A DNA stretch of 64,000 nucleotides, from the NCBI GenBank assembly GCA_963762145.1, contig CAVXJS010000009.1, positions 1 through 64,000 on the forward strand, read 5' to 3'. The translations under genes were made by a program, and so were the position numbers. This DNA comes from an uncultured Candidatus Rokubacteria bacterium. Its GTDB lineage: Bacteria > Methylomirabilota > Methylomirabilia > Rokubacteriales > CSP1-6. The notes below the pieces were generated by a model that saw only the letters and a program-made list of their open reading frames with translations, ran no database searches and had not been told where the DNA came from. Shown here piece after piece: positions 30,484-41,185 of the stretch (the stretch's first letter is position 1; every line of letters begins with the position of its first letter).

Positions 30484-31605
30484 CTACTTCTTCTGCCAGT
30501 AGTGCCGCACCGCGATGTCCATCGGCGGGGTCATCTTCTGCGCGTGGGCCACCGTCTTCTTCGCGTACTCGCGCTGGGCGGCGAGAACCTTCGCAAAGAA
30601 GGGGTTCTTCTGCGCCTCGGCGTCGAAGGCCTTGTCGATGCCCTCGAGCTCCGCGCGAAGGACCTCGTCCGGTGTCCGCAGGATGTTGACGCCGTGCTTG
30701 GTGGCGAGCTCCTCGGCGGCCTTGCTGTCCTGGTCCACCGTGTAGGCGGCGAGCCGCGTGATCTCGGCCATCGTCGCGTACTTCACGATCGCCTGGAGAT
30801 CGGGCGGCAGCTCCGCCCACTTCTTCTTGTTGATGATCAGCTCGTGAAAGGTGGGGGGCTGGCGGAAGCTGGGCATGTAGTAGTACTTCGCGGCTTGCTG
30901 GAAGCCCATGACGATGTCGCGGCTCGGGATCGCCCACTCGGCCCCGTCGATGACACCGCGCTCCAGGGACGGAACGATGTCGCCCCCGGCCATCCCCACC
31001 GTGCTGATCCCCATCCGCTTGAACATCTCCAGCCCGATCCCCGACGAGCGGAACTTGAGCTTCTGCAGGTCCCCCAGGTTGTTCATCGGCTTCTTGAGCC
31101 ACCCGAAGGCCTCCCAGAAGGGCTGAATGGTCGTGAAGTGCGCGACCACGTCCATCTTCAGCTCCTTCTGCAGGAGGTCGTTGTAGAGCTCCTGGCCGCC
31201 GCCGGAAAACAGCCACGCGGTGAACTCGTTCTGGCCCATGCCGAACGGTCCGCCGAGGGGAGAGCCGAAGAGCCCGGCCGCGGAGTTCTTGCCGGCCCAG
31301 AGCCCCGGCCACGTGAGCCCGCCATCGAGCGCGCCCCGGTTCACCGCGTCCAGCACCTCGAAGAAGCCCACCACCGCGCCGACCGGAAGCGGTTCGATCT
31401 TGAGTCGGCCGCCCGACATCTGGTCGATCGACTTGGCGATCTCCAGGAGAGAGCGATGCGGGTAGTCCGTAACCGGGAAGGAGCTTTGCACCTTCCAGGT
31501 GAACGTCCGCGGCTGGGCGGGCGTCGGGGACGCGGTCAACGACGCGAGGACGGCCACGAGGGCGACGATCACCGCGGCCACCACGAGCCACTTACGTTGG
31601 TTCAT
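30484..31605 (-). CDS. TRAP transporter substrate-binding protein (DctP/TakP-like), orphan
   Basis: WKVQSSF, MSGGRLKIE, DIVPSLERGVIDGAEW, KWAELPPDLQ. Confidence 0.9.
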   Translation of the reverse strand: MNQRKWLVVAAVIVALVAVLASLTASPTPAQPRTFTWKVQSSFPVTDYPHRSLLEIAKSIDQMSGGRLKIEPLPVGAVVGFFEVLDAVNRGALDGGLTWPGLWAGKNSAAGLFGSPLGGPFGMGQNEFTAWLFSGGGQELYNDLLQKELKMDVVAHFTTIQPFWEAFGWLKKPMNNLGDLQKLKFRSSGIGLEMFKRMGISTVGMAGGDIVPSLERGVIDGAEWAIPSRDIVMGFQQAAKYYYMPSFRQPPTFHELIINKKKWAELPPDLQAIVKYATMAEITRLAAYTVDQDSKAAEELATKHGVNILRTPDEVLRAELEGIDKAFDAEAQKNPFFAKVLAAQREYAKKTVAHAQKMTPPMDIAVRHYWQKK

Positions 31606-31695
31606 GATCTCCTCCTTCGGCACGGGACAGGGTGAGCTCCAGGTCCTCGACGCGGGTCGCGCCGATCCTGCCACAACCGGCGAGGGAGATCAAAG

Positions 31696-32508
31696 CTAGC
31701 GGGAGGCGGGCGGGCCCGGCGGATCGTCGGGCAGGGCGGCGCCCTCCTCGGGCGGAGGAGCGGTCGACGCCGCGGCCGTGAGGCTGTCGGCCAGCAGGCG
31801 CGCGATGCAGCCGTAGCTCACGTCGTTCAGGTGCAGGCCGTCGTTCGAGACGACCTCGTCCATCTTGTACTGGCCGCTCGAGACCCAGTGCTGCATCACC
31901 GCGAACCGCCGGAACACCGCCACCTTCATGTCATTGGCCGCCGCGCCGATCGAGTCCACGACGCGCGAGTGCAGGGGGCGCGCGAGGACCCGGGGGGCGA
32001 ACTGCGGATCCATCAGCACCACGTCCATCCGTCCCGCCTTGAGCCGGCCGATCCCGTCCCGAACCGCCGCGGCGTAGGCGTCGACGTCCCCCGCCCCGAG
32101 CGCGGCGTGGCTCCCGGTCTGCCAGATGACGAGCTGGGGCCGGTGGACCAGGACGTCGCGCTCGAAGCGCCCGATCGCCTCGGAGATCATCTCTCCGCTG
32201 ACGCCCTTGTTGATCACGGTGACCGTGAGGCGGGGCCAGCGCCGCCGCAGCTCCTCGGCGAGCACGGCCGGATAGGCGTGCGCCGCATCGGAGGCGCCGA
32301 TCCCCTCCGTCGAGGATGAGCCGATGGCGACGATGACCAGCGCCCGCCCCTGGCGGATGGCGCGGGCGGTGTTGGGCAGCGCCACGCGGAATCGCGTCAG
32401 GCTCTCCGGCGCGGTGCACGGCCGGGTCGCGTCCGCGGCCCGGGCGGACGGCGCCACGGCCAAGACGAGCGCCGTCGCCGACCAGAGCGCCAGTGAGCGC
32501 CCGCTCAT
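31696..32508 (-). CDS. SGNH/GDSL hydrolase, secreted
   Basis: AIGSSSTEG, INKGVSG, VIWQTG, DGLHLND. Confidence 0.88.
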   Translation of the reverse strand: MSGRSLALWSATALVLAVAPSARAADATRPCTAPESLTRFRVALPNTARAIRQGRALVIVAIGSSSTEGIGASDAAHAYPAVLAEELRRRWPRLTVTVINKGVSGEMISEAIGRFERDVLVHRPQLVIWQTGSHAALGAGDVDAYAAAVRDGIGRLKAGRMDVVLMDPQFAPRVLARPLHSRVVDSIGAAANDMKVAVFRRFAVMQHWVSSGQYKMDEVVSNDGLHLNDVSYGCIARLLADSLTAAASTAPPPEEGAALPDDPPGPPASR

Positions 32509-33305
32509 GGCCGGCGCCCGGTCCCCTCGGGCGGCTTCAGGGTGCTGCCGCCGCCCCGGGCCACGAACTCGGCCACCGCGTGGCCGATGCAATCGTAGAG
32601 CCGGGCCGCGAGCTGGCGGCGCTTCTCGCTCTCCTTCGTGCTCAGGTCCAGCGTCCCGCTCTCGACCCAGTGGCGCATGAGGCCGTAGCGGTGGAAGACC
32701 GGCACATCGTTGGCGTCCGCGAGCTCGCGCATCGCGGCGAGATACGGCGCGAAGTGGATCATCGGGTCGGCGTTGCGCGAGAACTGCGCGTTCATCAGCA
32801 CGACCTCGATGCCGGCCGCGCGCAGCTCGTCGATCCCCCCCTGCACCGTCTCGCGGAAGTCGTCCACCCCGGTTCCGCGAACCGCCTCCATCGTGCCGGT
32901 CTCCCAGATCACCAGGGTCGGCTTCAGGGGGAGAACCTCACGGAGGAACCGGTCGGCGGCATCCCGCGCGGTCTGCCGCGGCATCGCGAGGTTGACGACC
33001 TTGATCCGCGCGGCCGGAAACGCGGTCGCGAGGGCGCTGGCCAGGCGCGACGGCCAGGCGAGGCTGGGCCCACCCGCCGCGCTACCAAGGCTCGACGAGC
33101 CGCCGAGGGTGACGATGACGACCTCCGAGCCCGTGGCGAGCGCCTTCGCGGTCTTCGGGAGCGGCGCCTCGAACCCCGCGAAGCCCTCGGGGATCGGGCA
33201 CGCCGGCGCCGGACCGGCGCCTACCGGAGGCGCGAGTGACAGCGAGAGGGCCGCGGCCACGACCAGGGCGATCGCGTAGCGGAGCGCGGAGGGGGCCATC
33301 CTCAT
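32505..33305 (-). CDS. SGNH-like protein (degenerate catalytic DxxH)
   Basis: TLGGSSS, VIWETGT, LMNAQFS; typical partner of opgC clusters. Confidence 0.75.
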   Translation of the reverse strand: MRMAPSALRYAIALVVAAALSLSLAPPVGAGPAPACPIPEGFAGFEAPLPKTAKALATGSEVVIVTLGGSSSLGSAAGGPSLAWPSRLASALATAFPAARIKVVNLAMPRQTARDAADRFLREVLPLKPTLVIWETGTMEAVRGTGVDDFRETVQGGIDELRAAGIEVVLMNAQFSRNADPMIHFAPYLAAMRELADANDVPVFHRYGLMRHWVESGTLDLSTKESEKRRQLAARLYDCIGHAVAEFVARGGGSTLKPPEGTGRRP

Positions 33306-34466
33306 CACTCTCCCCCGGACATCGGCGCGCGCTCCGCGACCCGGGCGCCGGCGCCGACCTTCGCGTCGGCGAACCAGTCCATGAGCGCCGCGACCCCGGT
33401 CATGATCCCGATGCCGACCGCGGAGACCGCGAGCTGCATGAAGACGCGGCCGAACGACTCGTTGAGCACCAGGTGCCCCATCACCGCGAGCAGGATCCCG
33501 AGACAGAAGATGTGCAGCGAGTGGCGGCCGCAGATGACGAACGGCCACGCGACCCGGCCGGCCAGGAACCGCGCTCGAGGCGCGACCAGCTTCGCGACCA
33601 GCACGGCCAGCGCGAGCACGCTGACGAAGCGAAACAGGCCGAGATCCTCCTTGCTCAGGAACGGCCACAGGAGCTTGCTGCTGGCCAGCGCGGGGATCGC
33701 GTAGTACAGCCCGTGCAGCGTCCAGCTGAAGCGGATCACGAATGCGACCAGCGCGAAGCCCGCGGCCAGCCGGAACAGCCACCGGCGGTCGAGCCAGGGC
33801 AGCCCATCGCGGGTTCCTCGCCACCCGAGCCACGCTCCCGAGGAAGAACAGCGCCTGCCAGCCGAACGGATTGAAGGCCCAGACCCGGTCCGGACCGGGA
33901 TAGGCCGAGAGCGCGATCCGCGAGTCGATCTGGACCGCCAGCCACAACCCGAGCGAGGCGGTGAGCACGACCCACGGCCAGAACCGGAACCCGGCCAGCG
34001 CGAAGGGGAGGGCGGCCAGCAGCACGATGTAGAGCGGGAGGATGTCCATGTAGGCCGGCTGGAACTGCAGGGTCAGCGCCTTGACCACCGCCACGCCCGG
34101 ATCCTTCAGGAAGTCGGCGGCCTGGGACTCCTCGGCGTAGAGCGAGATGTTCAGGGCTTCGACCGTGTACGCCATCATCGCCATGAACACCATGAACAGG
34201 AACACGTGCGCGACGTAGAGCTGCCACAACCGCTGGCCGACGCGCAGCGCCGCGATCAGGAAGCCCTGCCGCTCCATGGCGCGCCCGTACACCATGCCCG
34301 CGGTGTACCCGGAGATGAGGATGAACACCTCCGCCGCGTCGCCGAACATCACGGACTGGAGCGTGAACTGGGAAACCAAGTTGTCCGGGAGATGATCGAC
34401 GAAGATGCAGAAGAGAGCGAGGCCGCGGAAGAAGTCGAGCCGCAGGTCGCGTCCCGCTTCCGTCAA
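33305..34466 (-). CDS. opgC: OpgC-domain acyltransferase, frameshifted near 33838
   Basis: RDLRLDFFRGLAL, DAAEVF..ISGY, DILPLYI, FNPFGWQ; the second frame continues CGRHSLHIFCLG; TTG start after GGGAGG. Confidence 0.85.
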
Positions 34467-34600
34467 GGAGCCCCTCCCACCCGGCGGATCGCCAACCTGC
34501 AGTCCACGATGTGCATTCCGATCGTACAGACCTCCGCGTCGCTGCGTCAAGCGCCGGCCGCCGGGGCCTTCCCAGGCGTGCCATACTGCAGAGCACACCG

Positions 34601-35662
34601 ATGCCCATCCCGACCGAGCCCATCGGCAGCATTCCGAGAACGCCCGAGCTCCTCCAGGCCCTCACCGCGAAGGACTGCGACGACCCCGGCCTGGCCGCCC
34701 TGTACGATCAGGCGGTTCGCGACACCGTCGCCCGGTTCGAAGCGGTCGGCTCCCCGGTCGTCACGGACGGCGAGCAGCGCAAGTATCACAACTTCTGGAC
34801 CTACCCGGTGCACGGGCTTGCCAACACCGCGCCCGACGGCTTCGTGATCCCGTTCGCGGCTGGCCACACCCGCCGCATGCTGCGCCTGACCGCCGGTCCG
34901 TTCCGGTACAAACGCTACGCGGACGGGTTCCTGGAGCACGCGCAGCGGTTCGCGACGGTGCCGGTGAAGCAGGCGATCATCTCTCCGTCCGCGCTCAGCC
35001 TGATGTATCCCGCCGAGGGAATCCCGGGCTACTCTCGCGAGCGATTCATCGAGGACCTGCTGAACGAGCACGAGACCGAGATTCGCCGCTGCCTCGACAA
35101 GGGCGCGGCCAAGGTCCAGATCGACTTCACCGAGGGGCGGCTCGCGATGAAGCTCGATCCGAGCGGCAACCTGCTCAACAGCTTCATCGACCTGAACAAC
35201 CTGGGGCTGGCGCGATTCTCCGCGCCGGAGCGCGCGCGCATCGGGGTGCATACCTGCCCGGGAGGCGATCGCGATTCGACCCACAGCGCCGAGGTGGACT
35301 ACGGAGAGATGCTCCCGAGCCTGTTCGAGCTGAAGGCGGGGAACTTCTACGTCGCGCTCGCGGGCGAGCCGGACCGCCGGCGCGTCCTGAAGATCATCCG
35401 GCAGTACCGGAAGCCGGAGCAGCGGGTCTTCGTCGGAGTGACCGCGCCGATCGACCCGCGGGTGGAGACGCCGGAGGAGGTGCGGGACTCGATCCTCGAA
35501 GCGGCCAGCTACATTCCGCTCGATCGGCTCGGGACCACCGACGACTGTGGGTTCTCGCCGTTCAGCGACGACACCTCGACGAGCCGCGACACCGCCTTCG
35601 AGAAGATCCGCGCGCGCGTGCTCGGGACCGCGCAGGCCGCCGAGTTCCTGGGAGCCGCCTGA
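34601..35662 (+). CDS. Cobalamin-independent methionine synthase II family (MetE catalytic-domain-like)
   Basis: IGSIPR, TDGEQRK, VQID, GVHTCPG Zn motif, TDDCGF. Confidence 0.85.
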   Translation: MPIPTEPIGSIPRTPELLQALTAKDCDDPGLAALYDQAVRDTVARFEAVGSPVVTDGEQRKYHNFWTYPVHGLANTAPDGFVIPFAAGHTRRMLRLTAGPFRYKRYADGFLEHAQRFATVPVKQAIISPSALSLMYPAEGIPGYSRERFIEDLLNEHETEIRRCLDKGAAKVQIDFTEGRLAMKLDPSGNLLNSFIDLNNLGLARFSAPERARIGVHTCPGGDRDSTHSAEVDYGEMLPSLFELKAGNFYVALAGEPDRRRVLKIIRQYRKPEQRVFVGVTAPIDPRVETPEEVRDSILEAASYIPLDRLGTTDDCGFSPFSDDTSTSRDTAFEKIRARVLGTAQAAEFLGAA

Positions 35663-37401
35663 TGGCGGAGCCGGACGAGACCCTCAGCGAAGAGCAGCTC
35701 CTCCGGTCGGTCGCCATGCAGAATGCCCAGAGCATCCTGCTGGCGCGCCGGCGGGCCGAGCAGGAGCTGCTGAGCGCCAAGGAAGCGCTCGAGCTCAGCA
35801 CGCAGGAGCTCGCCCGCTCGCTGGCCCTGATGGGCGCGACCCTGCAGGCGACCTGGGACGGGATCCTGGTGACGGACGAGGCCGGCCGCCCCACCGCCTT
35901 CAACGAGCCGTTCGCCGAGATGTGGCGCCTGCCCCAGGACATCGCCGGCGCGATGGATCGGCTCCAGGCCCACGTGGCGGATCAGATCGCGGACCGGCAG
36001 GCCTATCTCGATCGTATCGCCCACATCCAGGCCACCGCACCGTCGGACAGCCACGACACGCTGGAGCTCGCGGACGGGCGGGTGTTCGAGGGGTTCTCCC
36101 GGACCCAGACCGTGGGCGGCCGCCCCGTCGGACGGGTGTGGACGTTCCGGGACATCACCGAGCACCGGCGGGCCGCCGAGGAGCGCCGCCATCTCCTGGA
36201 AGGCGAGCAGTTCGCCCGCGGCGAGGCGGAGCGCGCCAACTCGATGAAGGACGCGTTCCTGGCCACCGTGTCGCACGAGCTCCGGACCCCGCTCAACGCG
36301 ATTCTCGGCTGGGCGCACCTGCTCCGGACCGGCTCGATGAGCGAGGCGCAGATCCACCGCGGGATCGAGGTCATCGAGCGAAACGCGCGGGCTCAAAGCC
36401 AGCTCATCGAGGACCTCCTCGACATGAGCCGCATCGTCTCCGGCAAGATGCGGCTCGACATCCAATCGGTCGATCCGGGCGCGTTCATCGAGGCGGCGAT
36501 CGAGACGGTGCGGCCGGCCGCGGAGGCCAAGGGCGTCCGGCTCAGCACCCTGCTGGATCCGGGGGCCGGCCCGGTCAACGGCGATCCGAGCCGGCTGCAG
36601 CAGGTGGTCTCGAATCTGCTCTCCAACGCCATCAAGTTCACCGCGCGGGACGGCCGGATCCAGGTGGTGCTGGAGCGCGTGAACTCGCACATCGAGATCG
36701 CGGTGGCCGACACCGGGGTCGGGATCAAGCCCGAGTTCCTCCCCCACGTGTTCGACCGCTTCCGGCAAGACACGGCCGCCCCGGCGCGCTCCGCCACCGG
36801 TCTGGGGCTGGGGCTCTCGATCGTGAAGCACCTGGTCGAGCTGCACGGCGGCTCGGTGCGCGCGATCAGCGCCGGCGAGGGGCACGGCGCGACCTTCACG
36901 GTGTGCCTCCCGCTGACGGCGGTGCAACGGGACGGCGAGCCCGGCCGCCGACTGCACCCCCGGGGCATGCCGGGGAGCGCGCCGCTCTTCCGGCCGCCCG
37001 ACCTGTCCGGCATCAAGGTTCTCGTGGTCGACGATCAGCCGGATGCCCGAGACATGATCAGGCGCGTGCTGGAGGACTGCGAGGCCGACGTGACGACCGC
37101 CGCCTCGGCCGCGGAGGCCGTCCACGCGGTGGAGGCGGGACGGCCCGACGTGCTCGTGAGCGACATCGGCATGCCGGACGTGGACGGCTACGAGCTGCTG
37201 CGACGCATCCGGGCCCTCGGCTCGCCCTCCGGAGGCCACCTGCCCGCCATCGCGCTCACCGCCTTCGCGCGCTCCGAGGACCGGACCCGCGCGCTGCGGG
37301 CCGGCTTCCTGGCCCACGTGGCGAAGCCGGTGGAGCCCTCCGAGCTGCTGGCCACGGTCGCCAGCATGGTGGGCCGCGCCGGCGAGCGGCTCGCCGACTA
37401 G
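35662..37401 (+). CDS. Hybrid sensor histidine kinase (PAS-HisKA-HATPase-REC)
   Basis: SHELRTPLNAI, NLLSNAIKFT, DTGVGI, GLGLGL, VVDD...SDIGMP...KP. Confidence 0.93.
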   Translation: MAEPDETLSEEQLLRSVAMQNAQSILLARRRAEQELLSAKEALELSTQELARSLALMGATLQATWDGILVTDEAGRPTAFNEPFAEMWRLPQDIAGAMDRLQAHVADQIADRQAYLDRIAHIQATAPSDSHDTLELADGRVFEGFSRTQTVGGRPVGRVWTFRDITEHRRAAEERRHLLEGEQFARGEAERANSMKDAFLATVSHELRTPLNAILGWAHLLRTGSMSEAQIHRGIEVIERNARAQSQLIEDLLDMSRIVSGKMRLDIQSVDPGAFIEAAIETVRPAAEAKGVRLSTLLDPGAGPVNGDPSRLQQVVSNLLSNAIKFTARDGRIQVVLERVNSHIEIAVADTGVGIKPEFLPHVFDRFRQDTAAPARSATGLGLGLSIVKHLVELHGGSVRAISAGEGHGATFTVCLPLTAVQRDGEPGRRLHPRGMPGSAPLFRPPDLSGIKVLVVDDQPDARDMIRRVLEDCEADVTTAASAAEAVHAVEAGRPDVLVSDIGMPDVDGYELLRRIRALGSPSGGHLPAIALTAFARSEDRTRALRAGFLAHVAKPVEPSELLATVASMVGRAGERLAD

Positions 37402-37778
37402 GCCTGGGCGTGTCGGCGCACGACCCCGCACAGCATCATCGGGTCGAGCGGCTTCTCCAGTAGCTCCACGAATCCTTCGGCCAGCAGCTCCTCCCGCCGG
37501 CCCTGGAACGCGGTGATCGCGATGGCCGGAATGTGGAGGCCCTTCGTTGCCGCGACCGTCCTCACTTCCCGGATCAACTCGAGGCCGTCGTCGGGCATCG
37601 CGATGTCGGTGACCAGCACGTGCGGGCGAAGGGTCTCGAGGATGCGCTTGGCCTTCTCGGCGGATTCGGCGGCGGTGACCAGCGCGCCGCAGTATTCGAG
37701 GACCATCCGGAGGACCTCGCGCGAGTCGTCGGTGTCCTCGACGATGAGTACGTGCACGCCGGTCAGATCCCCGTCCAT
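37398..37778 (-). CDS. Stand-alone response regulator receiver domain
   Basis: LIVED, TDIAMP, AITA, EKP. Confidence 0.88.
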   Translation of the reverse strand: MDGDLTGVHVLIVEDTDDSREVLRMVLEYCGALVTAAESAEKAKRILETLRPHVLVTDIAMPDDGLELIREVRTVAATKGLHIPAIAITAFQGRREELLAEGFVELLEKPLDPMMLCGVVRRHAQA

Positions 37779-37927
37779 CGCGTTGCCCCCCTGGGTCCTC
37801 CGCGATACCAGCCTACACCGCGACCGGAGCGGGCTCAACCCGAGTCGCCGCTTCCCGACCTGGAAAAGATTACCGGACCGACACGAAGGGCGTCGGCCCA
37901 AGAGCGCGTGGCATGGGAGCGCCCCGG

Positions 37928-37943
37928 TGGCACTCGCCGTGCA
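37928..37943 (+). promoter_or_regulatory. Sigma54 promoter of the small lipoprotein
   Basis: TGGCACTCGCCGTGCA. Confidence 0.6.
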
Positions 37944-37968
37944 CGACAGCCATCCGAGGAGAACACCC

Positions 37969-38112
37969 ATGAGGCTCGTGATGGTCTGTGCGGTAGCGGC
38001 CATGCTCCTGGCCGGATGCGCGAAGAGAGATATGGACGAGTGCCGGAAGGGCGACCGGAGCCGCTGTCCGGGCGAGGCATCTCGCTCCATCGAGGTGTCA
38101 CGGCGGTCGTAG
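37969..38112 (+). CDS. Small lipoprotein (47 aa)
   Basis: GAGGAG RBS; lipobox LLAGC; two further Cys. Confidence 0.65.
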   Translation: MRLVMVCAVAAMLLAGCAKRDMDECRKGDRSRCPGEASRSIEVSRRS

Positions 38113-38207
38113 CCGGAACGCTCCTTGCGGAAGGGCTCCGTCGGAGGGAGGATGCTGGGCGTGCTGGCGACCGGCTGCGCGAACCCTCAACGAGGGAGGA
38201 GATCGCC

Positions 38208-38948
38208 ATGACCACCCGCAGGGACGCGCACTGCGCGGTCCCCGAGGCGCTGGCCCTGATGAACCTGAAGCTCGGCCCGCCGGGGACGGCTCTGCCTCCA
38301 CTGCTCCACATGGCCACGCAGGCCTCCGATCGCCTGCGCGCAATGGACGAGCAGGGCATCGACGGGCTTCGGGGCGCCGGCATCGGCGGCAGCGTCAACG
38401 GGGAGGAGATCAGCGATCCGAAGTTCCACCCGTTCTGGGCCAAGGCCGAGCAGCTCGGCGTGCTGGTCTTCATCCATCCGCAGGGCGGGGGCGCTCCGGC
38501 GGAGCTGGCCAAGCGGTTCAAGGGCAATGGCTATCTCGACAACGTGATCGGCAATCCGCTCGAGACCACCATCGCGCTCTCCCACCTCATCTTCGAGGGC
38601 ACGCTCGACCGGTTCCCCGGTCTCAAGATCTGCGCCGCGCACGCCGGCGGGTACCTGCCCTCGTACCTCGGGCGCTCCGATCGCGGATGCCCGACTCGCC
38701 CCTCCGCCTGCCCGGGCGGCACCTACGGGCCGATCAAGCGGAAGCCGTCCGAGTACCTGAAGGGCGAGGGGGTGCGGCACCTCGCCGCCGAGGTGGGCGC
38801 AGGCCAGTTGATGGTCGGCACCGACTTTCCGTATCCGTGGACGACGACGGCGGTGGACGACATCCTGGCCGCGCCGGGCGTGAGCGACGCCGACAAGGTG
38901 GCCATGCTGGGCGGCAACGCGATGAAGCTGCTCGGGATCGGGGCCTAG
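38208..38948 (+). pseudogene. Amidohydrolase_2 (ACMSD-like) copy with three internal in-frame deletions
   Basis: FIHPQG, IGNPLETTIALSHLIFEG, AHAGG, GTDFP; lacks segments present in the adjacent paralogue. Confidence 0.75.
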
Positions 38949-38950
38949 CC

Positions 38951-39971
38951 GTGGCCGACGCGGCGTTCGTCTCCTGCGGCGGGGCCGCGCGCGCCGCAAG
39001 GCGCGGCGGCGAGAGGTGGTGGTGAGCGGCAAGCGCGTGAAGACGGTGGACGTGCACGCGCACTGCGCGGTGCCCGCGGCGATGGCGCTGGTGGGGCGAG
39101 CGCTCGAGACGGAGGCCCTCCTCATGTCCGAGCACGGCGGACCGCATCCGCGCGATGGACGAGCAGGGCATCGACGTCGAGGCGCTCAGCATCAACCCCT
39201 ACTGGTACGCGGCGGACCGGGACGTCGCGGCGAAGCTGATCCAGCTCCAGAACGAGACGCTCGCCGAGATCTGCGCGGCCCAGCCCGACCGGTTCGTCGC
39301 GTTCGCGACGCGTGGCGCTGCAGCATCCGGATCTCGCCGCCGAGCAGCTCGAGCAGGGCGTCAAGAGATACGGCCTGCGCGGCGCCGGCCTCGGCGGCAG
39401 CGTCGACGGCCTCGAGCTGAGCGACCCGAAGTTTCATCCGTTCTGGGCCAAGGCCGAGCAGCTCGGCGTCCTCGTGTTCATCCACCCGCAGGGCACGGCC
39501 GAGCTGGAGCGGACGGGCCGGCTCGGGGGCAACGGGCTGCTCACCAACACCATCGGCAATCCGCTCGAGACGACGATCGCGCTGTCGCACCTCATCTTCG
39601 AGGGCACCCTCGACCGCTTCCCCGGCCTCAAGATCTGCGCCGCCCACGGCGGCGGCTACCTGCCCTCGTACGCCGCGCGCTCCAACGCGGTGCAGACGAC
39701 CTTCCCCCACCGCATGACCGGGACGCTCAAGAAGAAGCCGACGGAGTACCTGCGCCAGCTCTACTTCGACTCGATCGTCTTCACGCCCGAGGCGCTGCGC
39801 CACCTCGCCGCGGAGACGGGCCCGGGCCAGATCGTCATGGGCACCGACTATCCGTTCCCGTGGACGAGCACGTCGGTGGACCACATCCTGAGCACGCCGG
39901 GCCTGAGCGACGCCGACAAGGTCGCGATGCTGGGCGGCACCGCGCAGGCGCTGCTGGGGATCAAGAGCTAG
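38951..39971 (+). CDS. Amidohydrolase_2 (ACMSD-like), frameshifted near 39000, 39128 and 39311
   Basis: VDVHAH, MDEQGIDVEALSINP, FIHPQG, AHGGG, LYFDS, GTDYPFPW spread across frames. Confidence 0.8.
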
Positions 39972-39982
39972 CAGTCGAGCCG

Positions 39983-40135
39983 TCAGGTCCCCCGGAGCTT
40001 GTTCTTCTGCCGCGCCGTGGTCCGCCGGCTCACGAGACCCCGGGGTGTCTCCTGCGCTCGCTTCGTCGCGGCCACGCTGCGCTGGGCGGTCCGCTTCCGT
40101 TTCGTCGCCTTCTGGGTGGGATCCGGCTTCCTCAT
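39983..40135 (-). CDS. Small highly basic protein (50 aa)
   Basis: AGGAGG RBS; MRKPDPTQKATKRKRTAQRS...; 13 bp after the upstream gene. Confidence 0.5.
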   Translation of the reverse strand: MRKPDPTQKATKRKRTAQRSVAATKRAQETPRGLVSRRTTARQKNKLRGT

Positions 40136-40148
40136 CACGTCCTCCTGG

Positions 40149-40415
40149 TCAGGCGTGGGCCGGCGGAGGCTGGATCCGCCTCGTCTCCTCACGCCACATC
40201 TGGAAGCAATCCACGTGAACCAGCACGTACGCTCCCCTGTCGCTCTGGACCTGGTACTCGTTGCTCTCGTTCCGGATCGGTGTCCCGCACACGTCACACG
40301 GCCGTCCGGTCCCGCGGCGGACCGTCGAGCCGCCGTACGCCCGGAACAAGCGGCCGTCCGCCAGGCGCTCGCGGATGCTCTGCCGCAGCTCCTCGTGGGT
40401 AGCGTCCGGACTCAT
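40149..40415 (-). CDS. Small CxxC...HxxC putative zinc-binding protein (family copy 1)
   Basis: LRQSIRERLADGRLF...GTGRPCDVC...VHVDCFQMWREE. Confidence 0.8.
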   Translation of the reverse strand: MSPDATHEELRQSIRERLADGRLFRAYGGSTVRRGTGRPCDVCGTPIRNESNEYQVQSDRGAYVLVHVDCFQMWREETRRIQPPPAHA

Positions 40416-40427
40416 GGGATGATCAAA

Positions 40428-40443
40428 GGCAAACTCCGTGCCG
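40428..40443 (-). promoter_or_regulatory. Sigma54 promoter directly upstream of copy 1
   Basis: Minus strand CGGCACGGAGTTTGCC; predicted TSS nearly coincides with the ATG, and there is no SD. Confidence 0.6.
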
Positions 40444-40546
40444 TGGCCTTCGTGCGCTCGTCGCTCACGGACGGCCCGGGAATCGAGCGACGCGTGGCCC
40501 CGGCAACCAATTGGCCACCTCCCGGTAAGAAGCTGTTACCGGGTAA

Positions 40547-40918
40547 CTACCGCTCATTCAATAGCACGCTCACCACGCGCCGGACGACGTCCAGGCTGAA
40601 CGGCTTCTCCAGCATCGGCTCGGTGGTTCCGCGGAGGAAGTCCGCATAGTCCCCCCCTCCGACGTTGCCGGTCATGAAGATCACCCGCGGTATCGGAGAG
40701 GTGGGGCGCATGGCGCGGAGCGCGTCGTACAGGGCGGGGCCGTCGAGGCCCGGCATCCGGAGGTCGCTGAGGATGAGGTCGTAGTGGTTCTGGCTGAGCA
40801 GCTCCACGGCTTCGATCCCGTTCCGGGCCGTATCCACCGCGCGCCCGGGCTGGCTCAGGACGGTCGAGAGCAGCTCCCGAAGATTGTCGTCGTCATCAAC
40901 GACCAAGATGCGCTTCAT
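40547..40918 (-). CDS. Stand-alone receiver domain
   Basis: ILVVDD, SDLRMPGLDG, FMTG, EKPF. Confidence 0.9.
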   Translation of the reverse strand: MKRILVVDDDDNLRELLSTVLSQPGRAVDTARNGIEAVELLSQNHYDLILSDLRMPGLDGPALYDALRAMRPTSPIPRVIFMTGNVGGGDYADFLRGTTEPMLEKPFSLDVVRRVVSVLLNER

Positions 40919-40927
40919 GTCATTCGG

Positions 40928-41185
40928 TCAGGCCTTGTTGCGCTCGAACTCCCACGCCGCGAAGCAGCGGAGATGAACGTGGAACTTGTCGAGCCCGGGC
41001 GCGCCGCCATCGTGCGCAAACTGAATCTCGAACTCGAGCTCGTCCTTGGTCACGGGACGGCCCCAGACGCTGCACTCAGCCCCGACACCGGGACCGCCCC
41101 ACGTGCGGTCGGGGGCGCGGGCCGGCATCTTGCCGCTCTTGATGGCGGCGCGGGCCTGCTCCCGCAGACGAGTTTCATCCGGCAT
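40928..41185 (-). CDS. Small CxxC...HxxC family copy 2 (second Cys codon is TGG/Trp)
   Basis: LREQARAAIKSGKMP...WGGPGVGAECSVW...HLRCFAAWEFE. Confidence 0.8.
   Translation of the reverse strand: MPDETRLREQARAAIKSGKMPARAPDRTWGGPGVGAECSVWGRPVTKDELEFEIQFAHDGGAPGLDKFHVHLRCFAAWEFERNKA

Noticed and set aside
32505-34598. 697-aa ORF as an OpgC-SGNH fusion
   Set aside because: An extra base near 33838 shifts opgC into the SGNH frame; the true OpgC C-terminus is in ORF 33305..33739.
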